A DNA stretch of 64,000 bases, from the NCBI GenBank assembly GCA_040753215.1, contig JBFMEZ010000025.1, forward strand, positions 74,440-138,439, read 5' to 3'. Of this stretch, positions 20,056-29,080 are shown in pieces. This DNA is from Candidatus Micrarchaeota archaeon. Lineage in GTDB: Archaea > Micrarchaeota > Micrarchaeia > Anstonellales > Bilamarchaeaceae. Within the stretch, counting starts at the first letter, position 1. Each line of letters starts with the position of its first letter. The notes below the pieces were generated by a model. That model searched no databases. It was not told the DNA's origin and saw only the letters and a program-made list of their open reading frames with translations. The position numbers and the translations under genes were made by a program.

Positions 20056-20144
20056 TCTCCTTTTTTCTCGCTCCAGCTCGCCAGTGGCTCGCTTCCGCTC
20101 TGTGCGGCAAATAGGCAAAAAGGAGACCAAAAACCCCAGACTAT
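20056..20144 (-). mobile_element. Gene-end element (variant B) between two copies of the secF 3' end
   Basis: Ends AAAAAGGAGA|GCGGTG on minus strand; 17-codon secF tail at 20145-20195 is repeated, diverged, at 20005-20055. Confidence 0.8.
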
Positions 20145-21251
20145 TCATCCGCCCACCTTCGCCGCATGCTCCTTATACCACAACACCATCACCGCATTTA
20201 ATCCCCAGGTCGCAAACACGTCCCCAACCAGCCCCGCGAGCGCAACCGCCGAAATCTCATAATAAACCGCTATGTGCGTAATCACCGAGACCGCAAACAG
20301 CACCAGGAAGGCAACCATCGCCGAGAAGCTCATCGTCATCCCGGTCTTCATCGCATCAAACGCGTTCTCCCTCGGGTCGCCCCTCCTCTTCACCAGCCGC
20401 GTGGTCAGCAGCACATCCGTGTCCAGCGAGAACCCGACAAGCATCAGCAATGCCGCAAACGAAGGCAATGTAAGCGGTATTCCGAAAATGCTCATCGCGC
20501 CCAGCGCTATTACCACATCGCTCGCAGCGCCCGTAAGCACCGCAAGGCTCGGCACGAGCGTCCTGAAGAAAAAGAACACCAGGATAGTGCTGAGTATTGC
20601 GGAGAAAACAACAACATTGAACGCCTGCTCGAGGAAGTGCGTGCTAAGCGCCGGGCTCACGGTCACCGCCGACCTGCTCGTGTATTCCACGCCCCTGTCC
20701 ACAACCCCCATCACCTGCTCCATCTGCAGGTCGCTCATCCTCATGTAGGCCTCGTTGAATGCGCCCCTGAGCGCATTCAGGTTGGTGTAAAGCCTCGCCT
20801 CTGTATTCGACCCCGCGAGCTCAAACATCCTGTCCGCAATCCCATCCAGCTTCTCCCTCTCCGCCTCATACTCCGCCTGCACCGATGCGTTCTGGTTCGC
20901 CTCCGCCTCCAGCCGCGCCACCTTATCCAGCTGCGTGCCGAACTCCGCCTTCAGGTCGTCCGCCTCATACATCTGCTCGGTCTGCGACACCTCTATCTCC
21001 ATCTTCCTCCCCAGCTCGCTCTCGTACATCTTCACGTTCGCATCAAAGCCGGCAGCCCTCAGGTCCTCCTGCAGTGCGGCCGCATCCGGCTGGTTCGTCA
21101 CTTCTAAAGTTATGAGCGTCCCCCCCCTGAAATCCACGCCCAGCTTCAGGTTGGGCAGGTAGTATATGGATAAGATTATGAGTATGAGCGGGAATATGAG
21201 CAACAGCCGGTAATCTCCCTTATATATATTAGGAATCATCTTATACCCCAA
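20145..21251 (-). CDS. secF: Protein translocase subunit SecF
   Basis: LGVDFRGGT, AALLMLVGFSLDTDVLLTTR. Confidence 0.9.
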   Translation of the reverse strand: MGYKMIPNIYKGDYRLLLIFPLILIILSIYYLPNLKLGVDFRGGTLITLEVTNQPDAAALQEDLRAAGFDANVKMYESELGRKMEIEVSQTEQMYEADDLKAEFGTQLDKVARLEAEANQNASVQAEYEAEREKLDGIADRMFELAGSNTEARLYTNLNALRGAFNEAYMRMSDLQMEQVMGVVDRGVEYTSRSAVTVSPALSTHFLEQAFNVVVFSAILSTILVFFFFRTLVPSLAVLTGAASDVVIALGAMSIFGIPLTLPSFAALLMLVGFSLDTDVLLTTRLVKRRGDPRENAFDAMKTGMTMSFSAMVAFLVLFAVSVITHIAVYYEISAVALAGLVGDVFATWGLNAVMVLWYKEHAAKVGG

Positions 21252-21275
21252 AAACCTGTCTGTATTATCCGATAA

Positions 21276-21315
21276 TGTTTATAAAATACCGACTTTGTTT
21301 ATAAAATACCGACTT
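21276..21315. repeat. Exact 20-bp tandem duplication including a TATA box
   Basis: TGTTTATAAAATACCGACTT x2. Confidence 0.85.
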
Positions 21316-21378
21316 TCAGCATCTCCTTCTCCGTCCTATGCGCGGGTTTTTAAAAACGAATCATTATAATAAATAGTT

Positions 21379-22452
21379 ATGCATGGTTCTATCACAGCCA
21401 GCGCCAGAGTGGTGCCTTCCCGCAATAGGAGCCTTCGCGGCAGGCCTCCGCTTGAAAATGTGGTCGCCGCGATCCTAAAGCCGGCGGGCCGCACGAAAGA
21501 AGAGGTGGCTTCCGCAGAGCAGGAGCTAGTCCAGAGGCGGGATTCCGGCAATTTGGGTAAAATCCGGCTTTGCTTGGCAATAAGGGCGATGGGGGCTGAG
21601 CCCTGCGACGCAAAGAAGGGACGCCTCGGCACCATTGTCCCGGATCACCTCCCGGACAGGACATTTGCAGAAGCTTGGGAGATGGTCCTCAAAAATATCC
21701 GCCTCATCGGGAAGTTTCTCTCCAGAATTCAAAATTTGCTAAAGAAATGCAACATCCCTGAAAAAGACGCCGAGCAGATACTCACCGAAAACATGTTCTG
21801 GGCCGCGCTTTTCCACGACGGCTCGAGAGCCGCATTCTCCACATACGCCATGGAATGGTTCAAGAGGGGCCGCACGGGAATCGTTGCAGAAGCAGGCCTC
21901 ATCACATTCCCGCACCACATAGTCACAGAGATGATAATGTTGGAGCGGTTCCGCGACAGGCACCCCCTCATGCCAGCGCACAGGATTGCAGATTGCCTGG
22001 ATATGGCTCCTGTGCGCGTAGAGAGGCTTATGCGCCTCCGCGGGCTCCGCGAATCATCCATACGCCCCTTAAATGCAGATACGCTTTTCAATTCCGACAC
22101 CCCTACCTTCAGGATGCACGAAACCCCGGACGAAACCCGCGGGGTGGTGCCCATAACGAGCTTCCCGCATGATGTGGTCGAGAAGATGAGGCCGCACCAG
22201 GAAGACGCTATCCTCAGGGAACAGCTCGACCAGAGCATGCGCAACGCCCTGCTGGTCCTGACTCCAAGGGAATCGCGGGTCCTGAAGATGCGCTTTGGGT
22301 TTGGAACGGGGGAAGGTGACACCTTCGAAGAAGCCGCCCGAAAGATGAACGTAACCAGGGAACGCATCCGCCAGATAGAAGCCAAGGCGCTGCGCAAGCT
22401 GTGGCACCCATCGCGCAGGTCTTTGCACCATTTCTTAGAGGATGATGATTAA
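21379..22452 (+). CDS. Sigma-70 (RpoD-like) homolog
   Basis: Region 2-like AFSTYAMEW...LITFPHH; region 4 LTPRESRVLKMRFG...TFEE...NVTRERIRQIEAKALRKL. Confidence 0.85.
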   Translation: MHGSITASARVVPSRNRSLRGRPPLENVVAAILKPAGRTKEEVASAEQELVQRRDSGNLGKIRLCLAIRAMGAEPCDAKKGRLGTIVPDHLPDRTFAEAWEMVLKNIRLIGKFLSRIQNLLKKCNIPEKDAEQILTENMFWAALFHDGSRAAFSTYAMEWFKRGRTGIVAEAGLITFPHHIVTEMIMLERFRDRHPLMPAHRIADCLDMAPVRVERLMRLRGLRESSIRPLNADTLFNSDTPTFRMHETPDETRGVVPITSFPHDVVEKMRPHQEDAILREQLDQSMRNALLVLTPRESRVLKMRFGFGTGEGDTFEEAARKMNVTRERIRQIEAKALRKLWHPSRRSLHHFLEDDD

Positions 22453-22507
22453 TCCTGCTTATTATGCAGGCAGGTAAATTGGCAGACAGCATACTGCTGA
22501 CAGCAAA

Positions 22508-22530
22508 TGCGGCCGCCGGGATTCGAACCC
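22508..22530 (-). repeat. 23-bp duplicate of the tRNA-Gly(TCC) 3' end
   Basis: Identical to 23141-23163. Confidence 0.95.
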
Positions 22531-22629
22531 TCCCAAAAACGCGGAGGGGAGCGCCCCTCCCCATTTTTAGGGTTCATTCTGACCCTCCCCCAACTTCTCT
22601 TTGCAACCCTTTGCCAGTACTCCTTACGC
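22531..22629 (-). mobile_element. Gene-end element (variant A)
   Basis: Minus strand GCGTAAGGAGTAC...GGGGGAGGGTCAGAATGAACCC...GGGGAGGGGCGCTCCCCTCCGCGTTTTTGGGA; near-identical to 58895-58976. Confidence 0.85.
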
Positions 22630-22634
22630 AAGGT

Positions 22635-23024
22635 TCAATATGCCTTATCCCAAGGATATGGAAGCAGCTCCCTGAGTTTGGCTACTTTATTTTTTCCAAT
22701 AATAACTTCTGTATCCAGGTTTTCTTCACTAATCTGGCTCATGAACTCTCTGCACGCTCCACACGGAGGGATAATTCCATATTCCGAAACTGCCACTATT
22801 TTCTTTATTTTGTACTCCCCGTTCGTAACCATGGCAGCGATGGCACCCTGTTCTGCACAGAAACCCATGCCAGAGGCGGTGTCTATACTTACGCCCGAAT
22901 AAATAGTGCCTTTATTTGAAATTAGCGCACATCCAACATCCCCGATTGTGAATCCGTGTTTTATCTTTCTCGGCTTCAATATGGATTTGGCCTTCTCAAC
23001 CAGTTGCTCATCCGTTATTTGCAT
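22635..23024 (-). CDS. Cytidine deaminase family protein (cargo of tRNA-Gly islet)
   Basis: VGCAL, CAEQGAI, PPCGACRE, ELLP; AT-richer than flanks. Confidence 0.85.
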   Translation of the reverse strand: MQITDEQLVEKAKSILKPRKIKHGFTIGDVGCALISNKGTIYSGVSIDTASGMGFCAEQGAIAAMVTNGEYKIKKIVAVSEYGIIPPCGACREFMSQISEENLDTEVIIGKNKVAKLRELLPYPWDKAY

Positions 23025-23140
23025 GATTATTGCTCTTTCATCAAATTTTAAAGCCTTAATTCCACCGGTCTTTGACCAGCGGTAGTTCACAAACAAAGCA
23101 CGGATACCGAAAACCCAAAACGGGAAACAGGAAACTGTTT

Positions 23141-23211
23141 TGCGGCCGCCGGGATTCGAACCCGGGTCGTTGGCTTGGAAGGCCAAAATCCTACCGCTAG
23201 ACTACGGCCGC
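23141..23211 (-). tRNA. tRNA-Gly(TCC)
   Basis: Cloverleaf GCGGCCG/CGGCCGC-A, anticodon arm TTGGC-CTTCCAA-GCCAA, GGTTCGAATCC. Confidence 0.95.
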
Positions 23212-23448
23212 TCTCCTTTTTACATCGTGAAGCTCGCCATAGCTCGCTTCACTCTGCCTTTGGGTTGCCTCGCTCATGCTGCAGCATTCTGCATCGCTGC
23301 GGCGATGTCTGGCGAAGTTCTGCGGAACTTCACCATCGCTCGGCGCAAAAAGGAGCCCAAAAACCTCAAGCTCCTTTACCTCATTTCTCTCTACGTTTCT
23401 GACCCCCTCCCACTTCACTTTGCAACTCTTTGAACGTACTCCTTACGC
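23212..23448 (-). mobile_element. Composite gene-end element (shared 5' part plus variant B end, with nested hairpin repeat) abutting tRNA-Gly position 1
   Basis: GCGTAAGGAGTACG...GGGAGGGGGTCAGAA, then CTTGAGGTTTTTGGGCTC..., ending AAAAAGGAGA|GCGGCC. Confidence 0.8.
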
Positions 23449-23500
23449 GTGGGGTTCAGTATTTATATTATGGCAAGAGAAGAAAATTAAAAGACCGCGC

Positions 23501-24817
23501 TCAGAGCACGGGCAGATACTCCTTAACTTCCCACGGCGTGACCTGCGTCCTGTACGCGTCCCAGTGCATCCTCTGGGCATCCAGCAGATTGGAATAGATA
23601 TGCTCCCCCAGCGTCTCCCTGATTAAGGAATCCTTCTCCATCTCCTCCATCGCCTCCCCCAGGGACCCCGGCAGCGTCTTCAGCCCTTTCGAATGCTCCT
23701 CTTCGTACACATCCTCCTCAACCGGCTCCGGCGGCTCCATCTTCTTCTCTATTCCATCCAGCCCCGCAGCAAGCATCACCGCAAAAGCCAGATAAGGATT
23801 GCAGGAGGGGTCCGGGCACCGAAGCTCGCACCTCGCAGCCCCGCCCCTCCCCTTCTGGTGCCTAGGAACCCTTATGAGCGCAGAGCGGTTCACCTGCCCC
23901 CAGCATATGTACACCGGCGCCTCATACCCCGGAACAAGCCTCTTATACGAATTCACCGTTGGCGCAACCACCCCTGCGAATCCCCTCGCATGCGCCAGCT
24001 GCCCTGCAATGAAATTCCTCGCAGCATCCGAAATCCCGAACCTCCCTCCCCCATCCGCAAACGCATTCCCCCCGTCCTTCCACAGGCTCTGGTGTACATG
24101 CATCCCGCTCCCGTTAATCCCAAACACAGGCTTAGGCATGAAGGACGCAAAAAGCCCGTATTTCTTGGCTATGATTTTCACCGCATCCTTGTAGGCCATA
24201 ACAGAATCCGCAACCCCCAGCGCATCCCCATACCTGAAATCTATCTCGTGCTGCCCGGGCGCGACCTCATGGTGCGACATCTCTATGGAGAGCCCCATCG
24301 CCTCAAGCGCAGGCACAAGCTCCCTCCTCATGCCCGCCGCAAGGTCCATCGGGCTCAGGTCGAAATACGCACCGCTGTCATGCGGCTCCGGGGAAGTGCT
24401 AAGCCCATCCTTCCCCTGGAAGAGGAAGAACTCCAGCTCAGGCCCGGTCTTATAAGAATACCCCATCCCCTCCGCCTTCTTCAGCACCCTTTTCAGAACC
24501 CCCCTCGGGTCCCCCTCAAACGGCTTCTCCTCCGTAGTATACACATCGCACATCACCCTCGCCACGCTCGGCTCCCACGGGAGCACCGCAAAGGTCCCGG
24601 GCTCCGGCTTAAGGAGCATGTCGCTCTCGCAGATCCTCGCAAACCCCTCTATGGAGCTCCCGTCAAACCACATCCCGCTCTCCAGTGCATCCTCCAGCCG
24701 CCCCACGGGAATCTCGCAGTTCTTCGCAGTCCCAAGCACATCCACGAACCTGAGCTGCACGAACCTCACTCCCTTCTCTTCCGCCTCGGATAGAACTTTT
24801 TTTGCCTCCTCTTCCAT
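23501..24817 (-). CDS. glnA: Glutamine synthetase type I
   Basis: FDGSSIEGF, GPELEFF, HHEVAPGQHE, FMPKP..GINGSGMH, YKRLVPGYEAP. Confidence 0.95.
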   Translation of the reverse strand: MEEEAKKVLSEAEEKGVRFVQLRFVDVLGTAKNCEIPVGRLEDALESGMWFDGSSIEGFARICESDMLLKPEPGTFAVLPWEPSVARVMCDVYTTEEKPFEGDPRGVLKRVLKKAEGMGYSYKTGPELEFFLFQGKDGLSTSPEPHDSGAYFDLSPMDLAAGMRRELVPALEAMGLSIEMSHHEVAPGQHEIDFRYGDALGVADSVMAYKDAVKIIAKKYGLFASFMPKPVFGINGSGMHVHQSLWKDGGNAFADGGGRFGISDAARNFIAGQLAHARGFAGVVAPTVNSYKRLVPGYEAPVYICWGQVNRSALIRVPRHQKGRGGAARCELRCPDPSCNPYLAFAVMLAAGLDGIEKKMEPPEPVEEDVYEEEHSKGLKTLPGSLGEAMEEMEKDSLIRETLGEHIYSNLLDAQRMHWDAYRTQVTPWEVKEYLPVL

Positions 24818-24995
24818 AAACTCAACCCCCTTCAGTTTCCGGTTCCCTGTTCTCAGTTCCCCGAATTTGGTTCCAACCTTTGTTTCCGCCCATTTATTAC
24901 CCTTTCCCGCATTCCGCGATACAAATGCCTTAAATATATTCCTATTCCAATACAAATGCATGAAAAAATTCTCAAAATTGATTAAAAATGAACAA

Positions 24996-25439
24996 ATGAT
25001 GCTCGACCATCTGGACGAGGAGCTCCTGGATGCGCTCTGCCAAAACCCCCGCCGCTCCTCCCGCGAGCTCGCGAGGGAGCTCAACTCCTCCCCCTCCACA
25101 ATCCTCAAGCGCCTCTCCTCCCTGGAGAAATCAGGAATAATCCGCGGCTATTCAATAGAGCGCAACTGGGAATCCCTCGGCTACGATTTCATGGCCCTCA
25201 TCGAAGTTACCATCCGCAAGGGCGCGCTGCTCGAAGTGCAGAAGAAAATCTCACAGCTCCCCGGAGTGGTTTCAGTGTACGATGTGACTGGCCAGGCCGA
25301 TTCCATGGTGCTCGCCCGCTGCAGGAACCGCAGGGAATTCAGCGGGCTCGTGAAGAAGATACTCGCCATGGAGCAGGTTGAGCGCACCAACACCCACGTG
25401 ATTCTCAATACAATAAAAGAGAACTACCGCATGCTCTAG
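24996..25439 (+). CDS. Lrp/AsnC family regulator
   Basis: LDEELL..L.QNPR.S.RELAREL..SPSTI..R...LEKSGII; YDVTGQAD. Confidence 0.9.
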   Translation: MMLDHLDEELLDALCQNPRRSSRELARELNSSPSTILKRLSSLEKSGIIRGYSIERNWESLGYDFMALIEVTIRKGALLEVQKKISQLPGVVSVYDVTGQADSMVLARCRNRREFSGLVKKILAMEQVERTNTHVILNTIKENYRML

Positions 25440-25473
25440 ATTTCTTTTTATTTCTAACCTCCCAAATCCCCGC

Positions 25474-25854
25474 ATGGAATCCTTTACAATCCGCACTTCC
25501 AGGAAGGTGGAGGTCCTGGACATCACTTCCGAAGTCTCCAAAAGAATGAAGGGCGGTTCCCTCTGCGTGCTCTTTACCCCGCACACCACCGCCGCGCTGA
25601 CCGTAAACGAGTTCGAGCCCCTCCTCAAATCCGATTTGGAGAGATTCTACTCCTCCACGATACCGGAGAAAAACTGGAAGCACAACTCCATAGACAACAA
25701 CGCTGAGGCGCACCTCCTCTCATCCATTATTAAGCCTTCCGTCGCAATCCCAGTAAAAGGCGGTTCCCTTTCCCTGGGAACATGGCAGAAAATCCTTTTC
25801 ATAGAGCTGGACGGCCCGCGTACCCGCACCGTCCACATGCAGGTGTTGGAATGA
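25474..25854 (+). CDS. YjbQ/UPF0047 family protein
   Basis: PHTTAALTVNE, NAEAHL, LGTWQKILFIELDGPR. Confidence 0.9.
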   Translation: MESFTIRTSRKVEVLDITSEVSKRMKGGSLCVLFTPHTTAALTVNEFEPLLKSDLERFYSSTIPEKNWKHNSIDNNAEAHLLSSIIKPSVAIPVKGGSLSLGTWQKILFIELDGPRTRTVHMQVLE

Positions 25855-26549
25855 GGGCAAAAGTCCTGTACAACAAAACGAAGGATTGGGCGGTGAAAAC
25901 CGCGAAGGAGGTTTCGGAATTCCTGAAATCCGCAAAGGTCCAGCAGGTGGAAAAGGGCGCGGACTTCACCATAGTAATCGGGGGGGACGGCACCATCCTC
26001 TATCACAAGAATGAGCTGGAGGGCGCAATCTTCGGGGTTGGGAGCGAGCGCAGCTACGTATGCCAGTCAAGGCAGGAGAACTGGAGGGAAAAGCTCCGGT
26101 CCTTCCTCAAAAACCCCCGCGCAGAGGAGCGCATCCTCCTCTCTGTTTCCATGGAGGGAAAGGAAATCGGCTTCGCGATAAACGATGCCGCCTTCCTCTC
26201 AAGGGACCACAACATGCTGCACATTTCCATCTCCGTGGATGGGGGTTCCTGCACCTTCCCAGCGGACGGCCTCATAATCTCAACCCCCACCGGCTCCACC
26301 GCCTACTGCTATTCCGCTGGCGGGGTGAAGCTGGATGCGCCCCTTGATGCGGTCGAGCTCGTCCCCATCGCCCCCTTCAAGCACTGCTTCGACCCGATGG
26401 TCGTCTCGGCCCAGCGGGAAATAAGGGTGAGCACCGAAGAGCCCTGCCACCTCCTTATAGATGGCCAGCAGCTCATCCAGCTCAAGGAGAAAACCCCGGC
26501 CGCTATCCGGAAGCACAAAAGGAAAATCGCATTCGCGGAGGTCCCCTGA
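25851..26549 (+). CDS. NAD kinase
   Basis: IGGDGT, AIND, ADGLIISTPTGSTAY..SAGG. Confidence 0.9.
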   Translation: MRAKVLYNKTKDWAVKTAKEVSEFLKSAKVQQVEKGADFTIVIGGDGTILYHKNELEGAIFGVGSERSYVCQSRQENWREKLRSFLKNPRAEERILLSVSMEGKEIGFAINDAAFLSRDHNMLHISISVDGGSCTFPADGLIISTPTGSTAYCYSAGGVKLDAPLDAVELVPIAPFKHCFDPMVVSAQREIRVSTEEPCHLLIDGQQLIQLKEKTPAAIRKHKRKIAFAEVP

Positions 26550-26806
26550 TGGGCATGGAAATAGTGAAGAAGGGCTACACGGAAGCCCACATCCGCATCG
26601 CAGGAATCCTCCAGCTCCACAGGTTCATTGTAGTGAAGGAGAAAACCGCTTTCGGTGAAATCCCCGTCTTGGTCCCCGAGAGAAAAATCGCCCTTCCGCT
26701 AACCGAGGCCCTCAAGGTGGCGAACGAATCCGGCCTGCCCGCCCGCTCCTCCTCAGGCCTGGTTTTCCCGCCCGGAAAATTCGCGAAGGATTTCGCCCGG
26801 AAGTGA
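26549..26806 (+). CDS. Small hypothetical protein
   Basis: TGATG-coupled to NAD kinase and 4 nt before thyX. Confidence 0.65.
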   Translation: MGMEIVKKGYTEAHIRIAGILQLHRFIVVKEKTAFGEIPVLVPERKIALPLTEALKVANESGLPARSSSGLVFPPGKFAKDFARK

Positions 26807-26810
26807 TCCC

Positions 26811-28175
26811 ATGCCGGAGATGCGCATCTACCCCCTGAAGAACGTCCCCGAAGAAATAATCGCAGCCGCCTTCGCAAAAACCAGCCGCTCCCCCGAGCCC
26901 TTCGACAAGATAGCGGCAGAGCTGAGCGCCGAATCATCTTCAAAATTCCACGAGAAATGGGTAGTGGGCTACGGCCACTCCAGCGTAGCCGAGCATTCTG
27001 TCGCCCATCTCGCAGCCGAAAACATCTCCCGCCTCGCGATAGAAACGATAGAATCCAACCGCCTCGGCTCCTACACCGAGAAATCCACCCGCTACCAGCA
27101 ATTAGATGAGGAGCATACCCATCTTCCTGAAGAAATCAAGGGAACCTCCCTCGAGCGCAATTACAAGGATGCCCTGGACATTCTCTTCTCCACCTATGAA
27201 AAGTCCCTCTCAGCCCTTGTGGATTACTACTCCTCCCAATCAAAGCCCGAACCAGGAAAGGAGAAGGCCCACGAAATCAAGCTCAAAACCATGGCAATGG
27301 ATTCTGCCCGCTTCCTCCTCCCCAACTCCACCCTCGCAAACGTTGGAATAACGATGAACGCCCGCTCCCTCGAGCACGCGCTCGTAAAGATGCTTTCCCA
27401 TCCCCTTGCAGAAGTAAGAAGGGCAGGCCTTCTCCTGAGGGATGCAGGGATGCAGGCATTCCCGACTCTTCTCAGGAAGGCGGAGGAAAACACAGCGCTT
27501 GCCGGGTTCCAGGAAGAATCCAGAAAACAATTCAGCCCGTTCTCCTCCCCCGCAGGAAGCAAGCACGCCTCCCTCATCCACTACGATAAAAATGCCCTCG
27601 AAAACCTCTCCGCCTCCATCCTATACCGCTGGAGCGGCCTCTCCTATGAAGATGCACTGGAGCATGTGCGCTCCTCCAGGCCTTCCAGTCCGATGGAAAT
27701 ATTCAGGTCCGTAACCGCCCGCTTCCCCGAAGGCCTCAAGCCAATCCGCGAGTTCGAGCACATCACCTACACCTTCGATTTGCTGATGGACCAGGGCGCC
27801 TACTACGAATTCAAGCGCCACCGCATGCTCACCATAAGCGCCCAGGAGCCCACAATCTCCCTCGGCTACAGAATCCCCCAGGATATAGAAAAATGCGGAA
27901 TGAAAAAAGAATTCGCAGAAGCGATGAAGGAGAGCGAGGGATGCTTCCGGGAAATAGAAGAAACCCATCCCTTTGCAGCCGGCTACATCGCCACGAATGC
28001 CCACCACCGCCGCGTCCTCGCAACCATGAACCTCCGCGAGCTCGCAACCTTCATAAAGCTCAGGAGCGCCCCATTCGCCCACTTCACCATCCGCGAGCTT
28101 GCCCTTGAGATGCTGGAGGAATTGAGGAAAGTCCACCCGGAATTCGCGGAATCCATAGGGCCCGGAGTGGTTTAA
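26811..28175 (+). CDS. thyX: Flavin-dependent thymidylate synthase, two-domain form
   Basis: GYGHSSVAEH, EKSTRY, ARFLLP, second repeat EFEH...KRHR...MNLREL..FIKLRS. Confidence 0.85.
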   Translation: MPEMRIYPLKNVPEEIIAAAFAKTSRSPEPFDKIAAELSAESSSKFHEKWVVGYGHSSVAEHSVAHLAAENISRLAIETIESNRLGSYTEKSTRYQQLDEEHTHLPEEIKGTSLERNYKDALDILFSTYEKSLSALVDYYSSQSKPEPGKEKAHEIKLKTMAMDSARFLLPNSTLANVGITMNARSLEHALVKMLSHPLAEVRRAGLLLRDAGMQAFPTLLRKAEENTALAGFQEESRKQFSPFSSPAGSKHASLIHYDKNALENLSASILYRWSGLSYEDALEHVRSSRPSSPMEIFRSVTARFPEGLKPIREFEHITYTFDLLMDQGAYYEFKRHRMLTISAQEPTISLGYRIPQDIEKCGMKKEFAEAMKESEGCFREIEETHPFAAGYIATNAHHRRVLATMNLRELATFIKLRSAPFAHFTIRELALEMLEELRKVHPEFAESIGPGVV

Positions 28176-29053
28176 TGGTCTCAGGAAAGCACCTGCAAAG
28201 GGAGTTCATGCTCTTTATACTCCTCTCCGCCTTCATATTATTGCTTGAGCTTGCAGGCGGCCTTTTCACCAACAGCCTCTCGCTTTTGGGAGATGCGGGC
28301 CATGTTTTCGTGGACTTGCTCGCACTCCTGCTCGCATATTTTTCAATGTGGCTTTCTCAGAAGAAGGCCGGCAGGGAATTCACATTCGGCTACCACCGCG
28401 CAGAAATAGTAGCCACCATCGCAAACGGCCTAATCCTCTTACTCATAACAGCATACATCTTCTACGAATCATACATTCGCCTCATTTCTCCCCCACCGGT
28501 TAAAGGGCCCGAGATGCTTGCAATCGCGCTTATCGGTCTTTTCGCGAATGCCTACGTGCTGTTCAGAATGAGGCATTTTGCAGAAAAAAGCATCACAGTC
28601 AAAGGTGCATACCTCCATGTACTGAGCGATGCGCTCACCTCTGTTGCGGTAGTGCTCTCTGGCCTCCTCATCATATACACGGGCAATTATGTATTCGACC
28701 CAGTTGCAGGCGCATTAATCGGCCTTTTTATACTTGGCGGCTCCCTGCGCCTTCTTCGGGATTCGTTGCGGATAATAATGGAGGCGTCGCCCCGGGGCAT
28801 AGATTTGGAGGCGGTTTCAGCAGACATATCCGGGATAAGCGGCGTAAAGGATGTCCACGACCTCCATGTATGGACAATAACCTCTGGCTTCTTTGCCCTG
28901 ACCGCGCACGTGCTCGTGGATGCAGAAAGCACGAGAGACATGAACAGGATAGTTGCGGAAATAAAAAAGATGCTCAGGAAAAAGTACTCAATAACCCACG
29001 CGGTGATACAGGCGGAGTGCCCAACCTGCATAGATACCGAGCACCCGCATTAG
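28175..29053 (+). CDS. Cation diffusion facilitator (CzcD/ZitB type)
   Basis: DAGHVFVD, TFGYHRAE, AYLHVLSD, VHDLHVW. Confidence 0.9.
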   Translation: MVSGKHLQREFMLFILLSAFILLLELAGGLFTNSLSLLGDAGHVFVDLLALLLAYFSMWLSQKKAGREFTFGYHRAEIVATIANGLILLLITAYIFYESYIRLISPPPVKGPEMLAIALIGLFANAYVLFRMRHFAEKSITVKGAYLHVLSDALTSVAVVLSGLLIIYTGNYVFDPVAGALIGLFILGGSLRLLRDSLRIIMEASPRGIDLEAVSADISGISGVKDVHDLHVWTITSGFFALTAHVLVDAESTRDMNRIVAEIKKMLRKKYSITHAVIQAECPTCIDTEHPH

Positions 29054-29080
29054 AGCTGCTTCATAAACAAGGGAAAACCC

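Noticed and set aside
21276..21315. 20-bp tandem duplication as a regulatory novelty
   Set aside because: A single exact duplication is equally explained by slippage or an assembly artefact
22508..22530. tRNA 3' fragments (also 35215-35238) as split-tRNA halves
   Set aside because: They start in the T-arm, full genes lie 600 bp away, and I see no complementary leader for trans-splicing
23693..24793. Long antisense ORFs such as 366 aa opposite glnA, 387 aa opposite ftsY and 444 aa opposite pheS
   Set aside because: Shadow frames from biased codon usage, with no motifs
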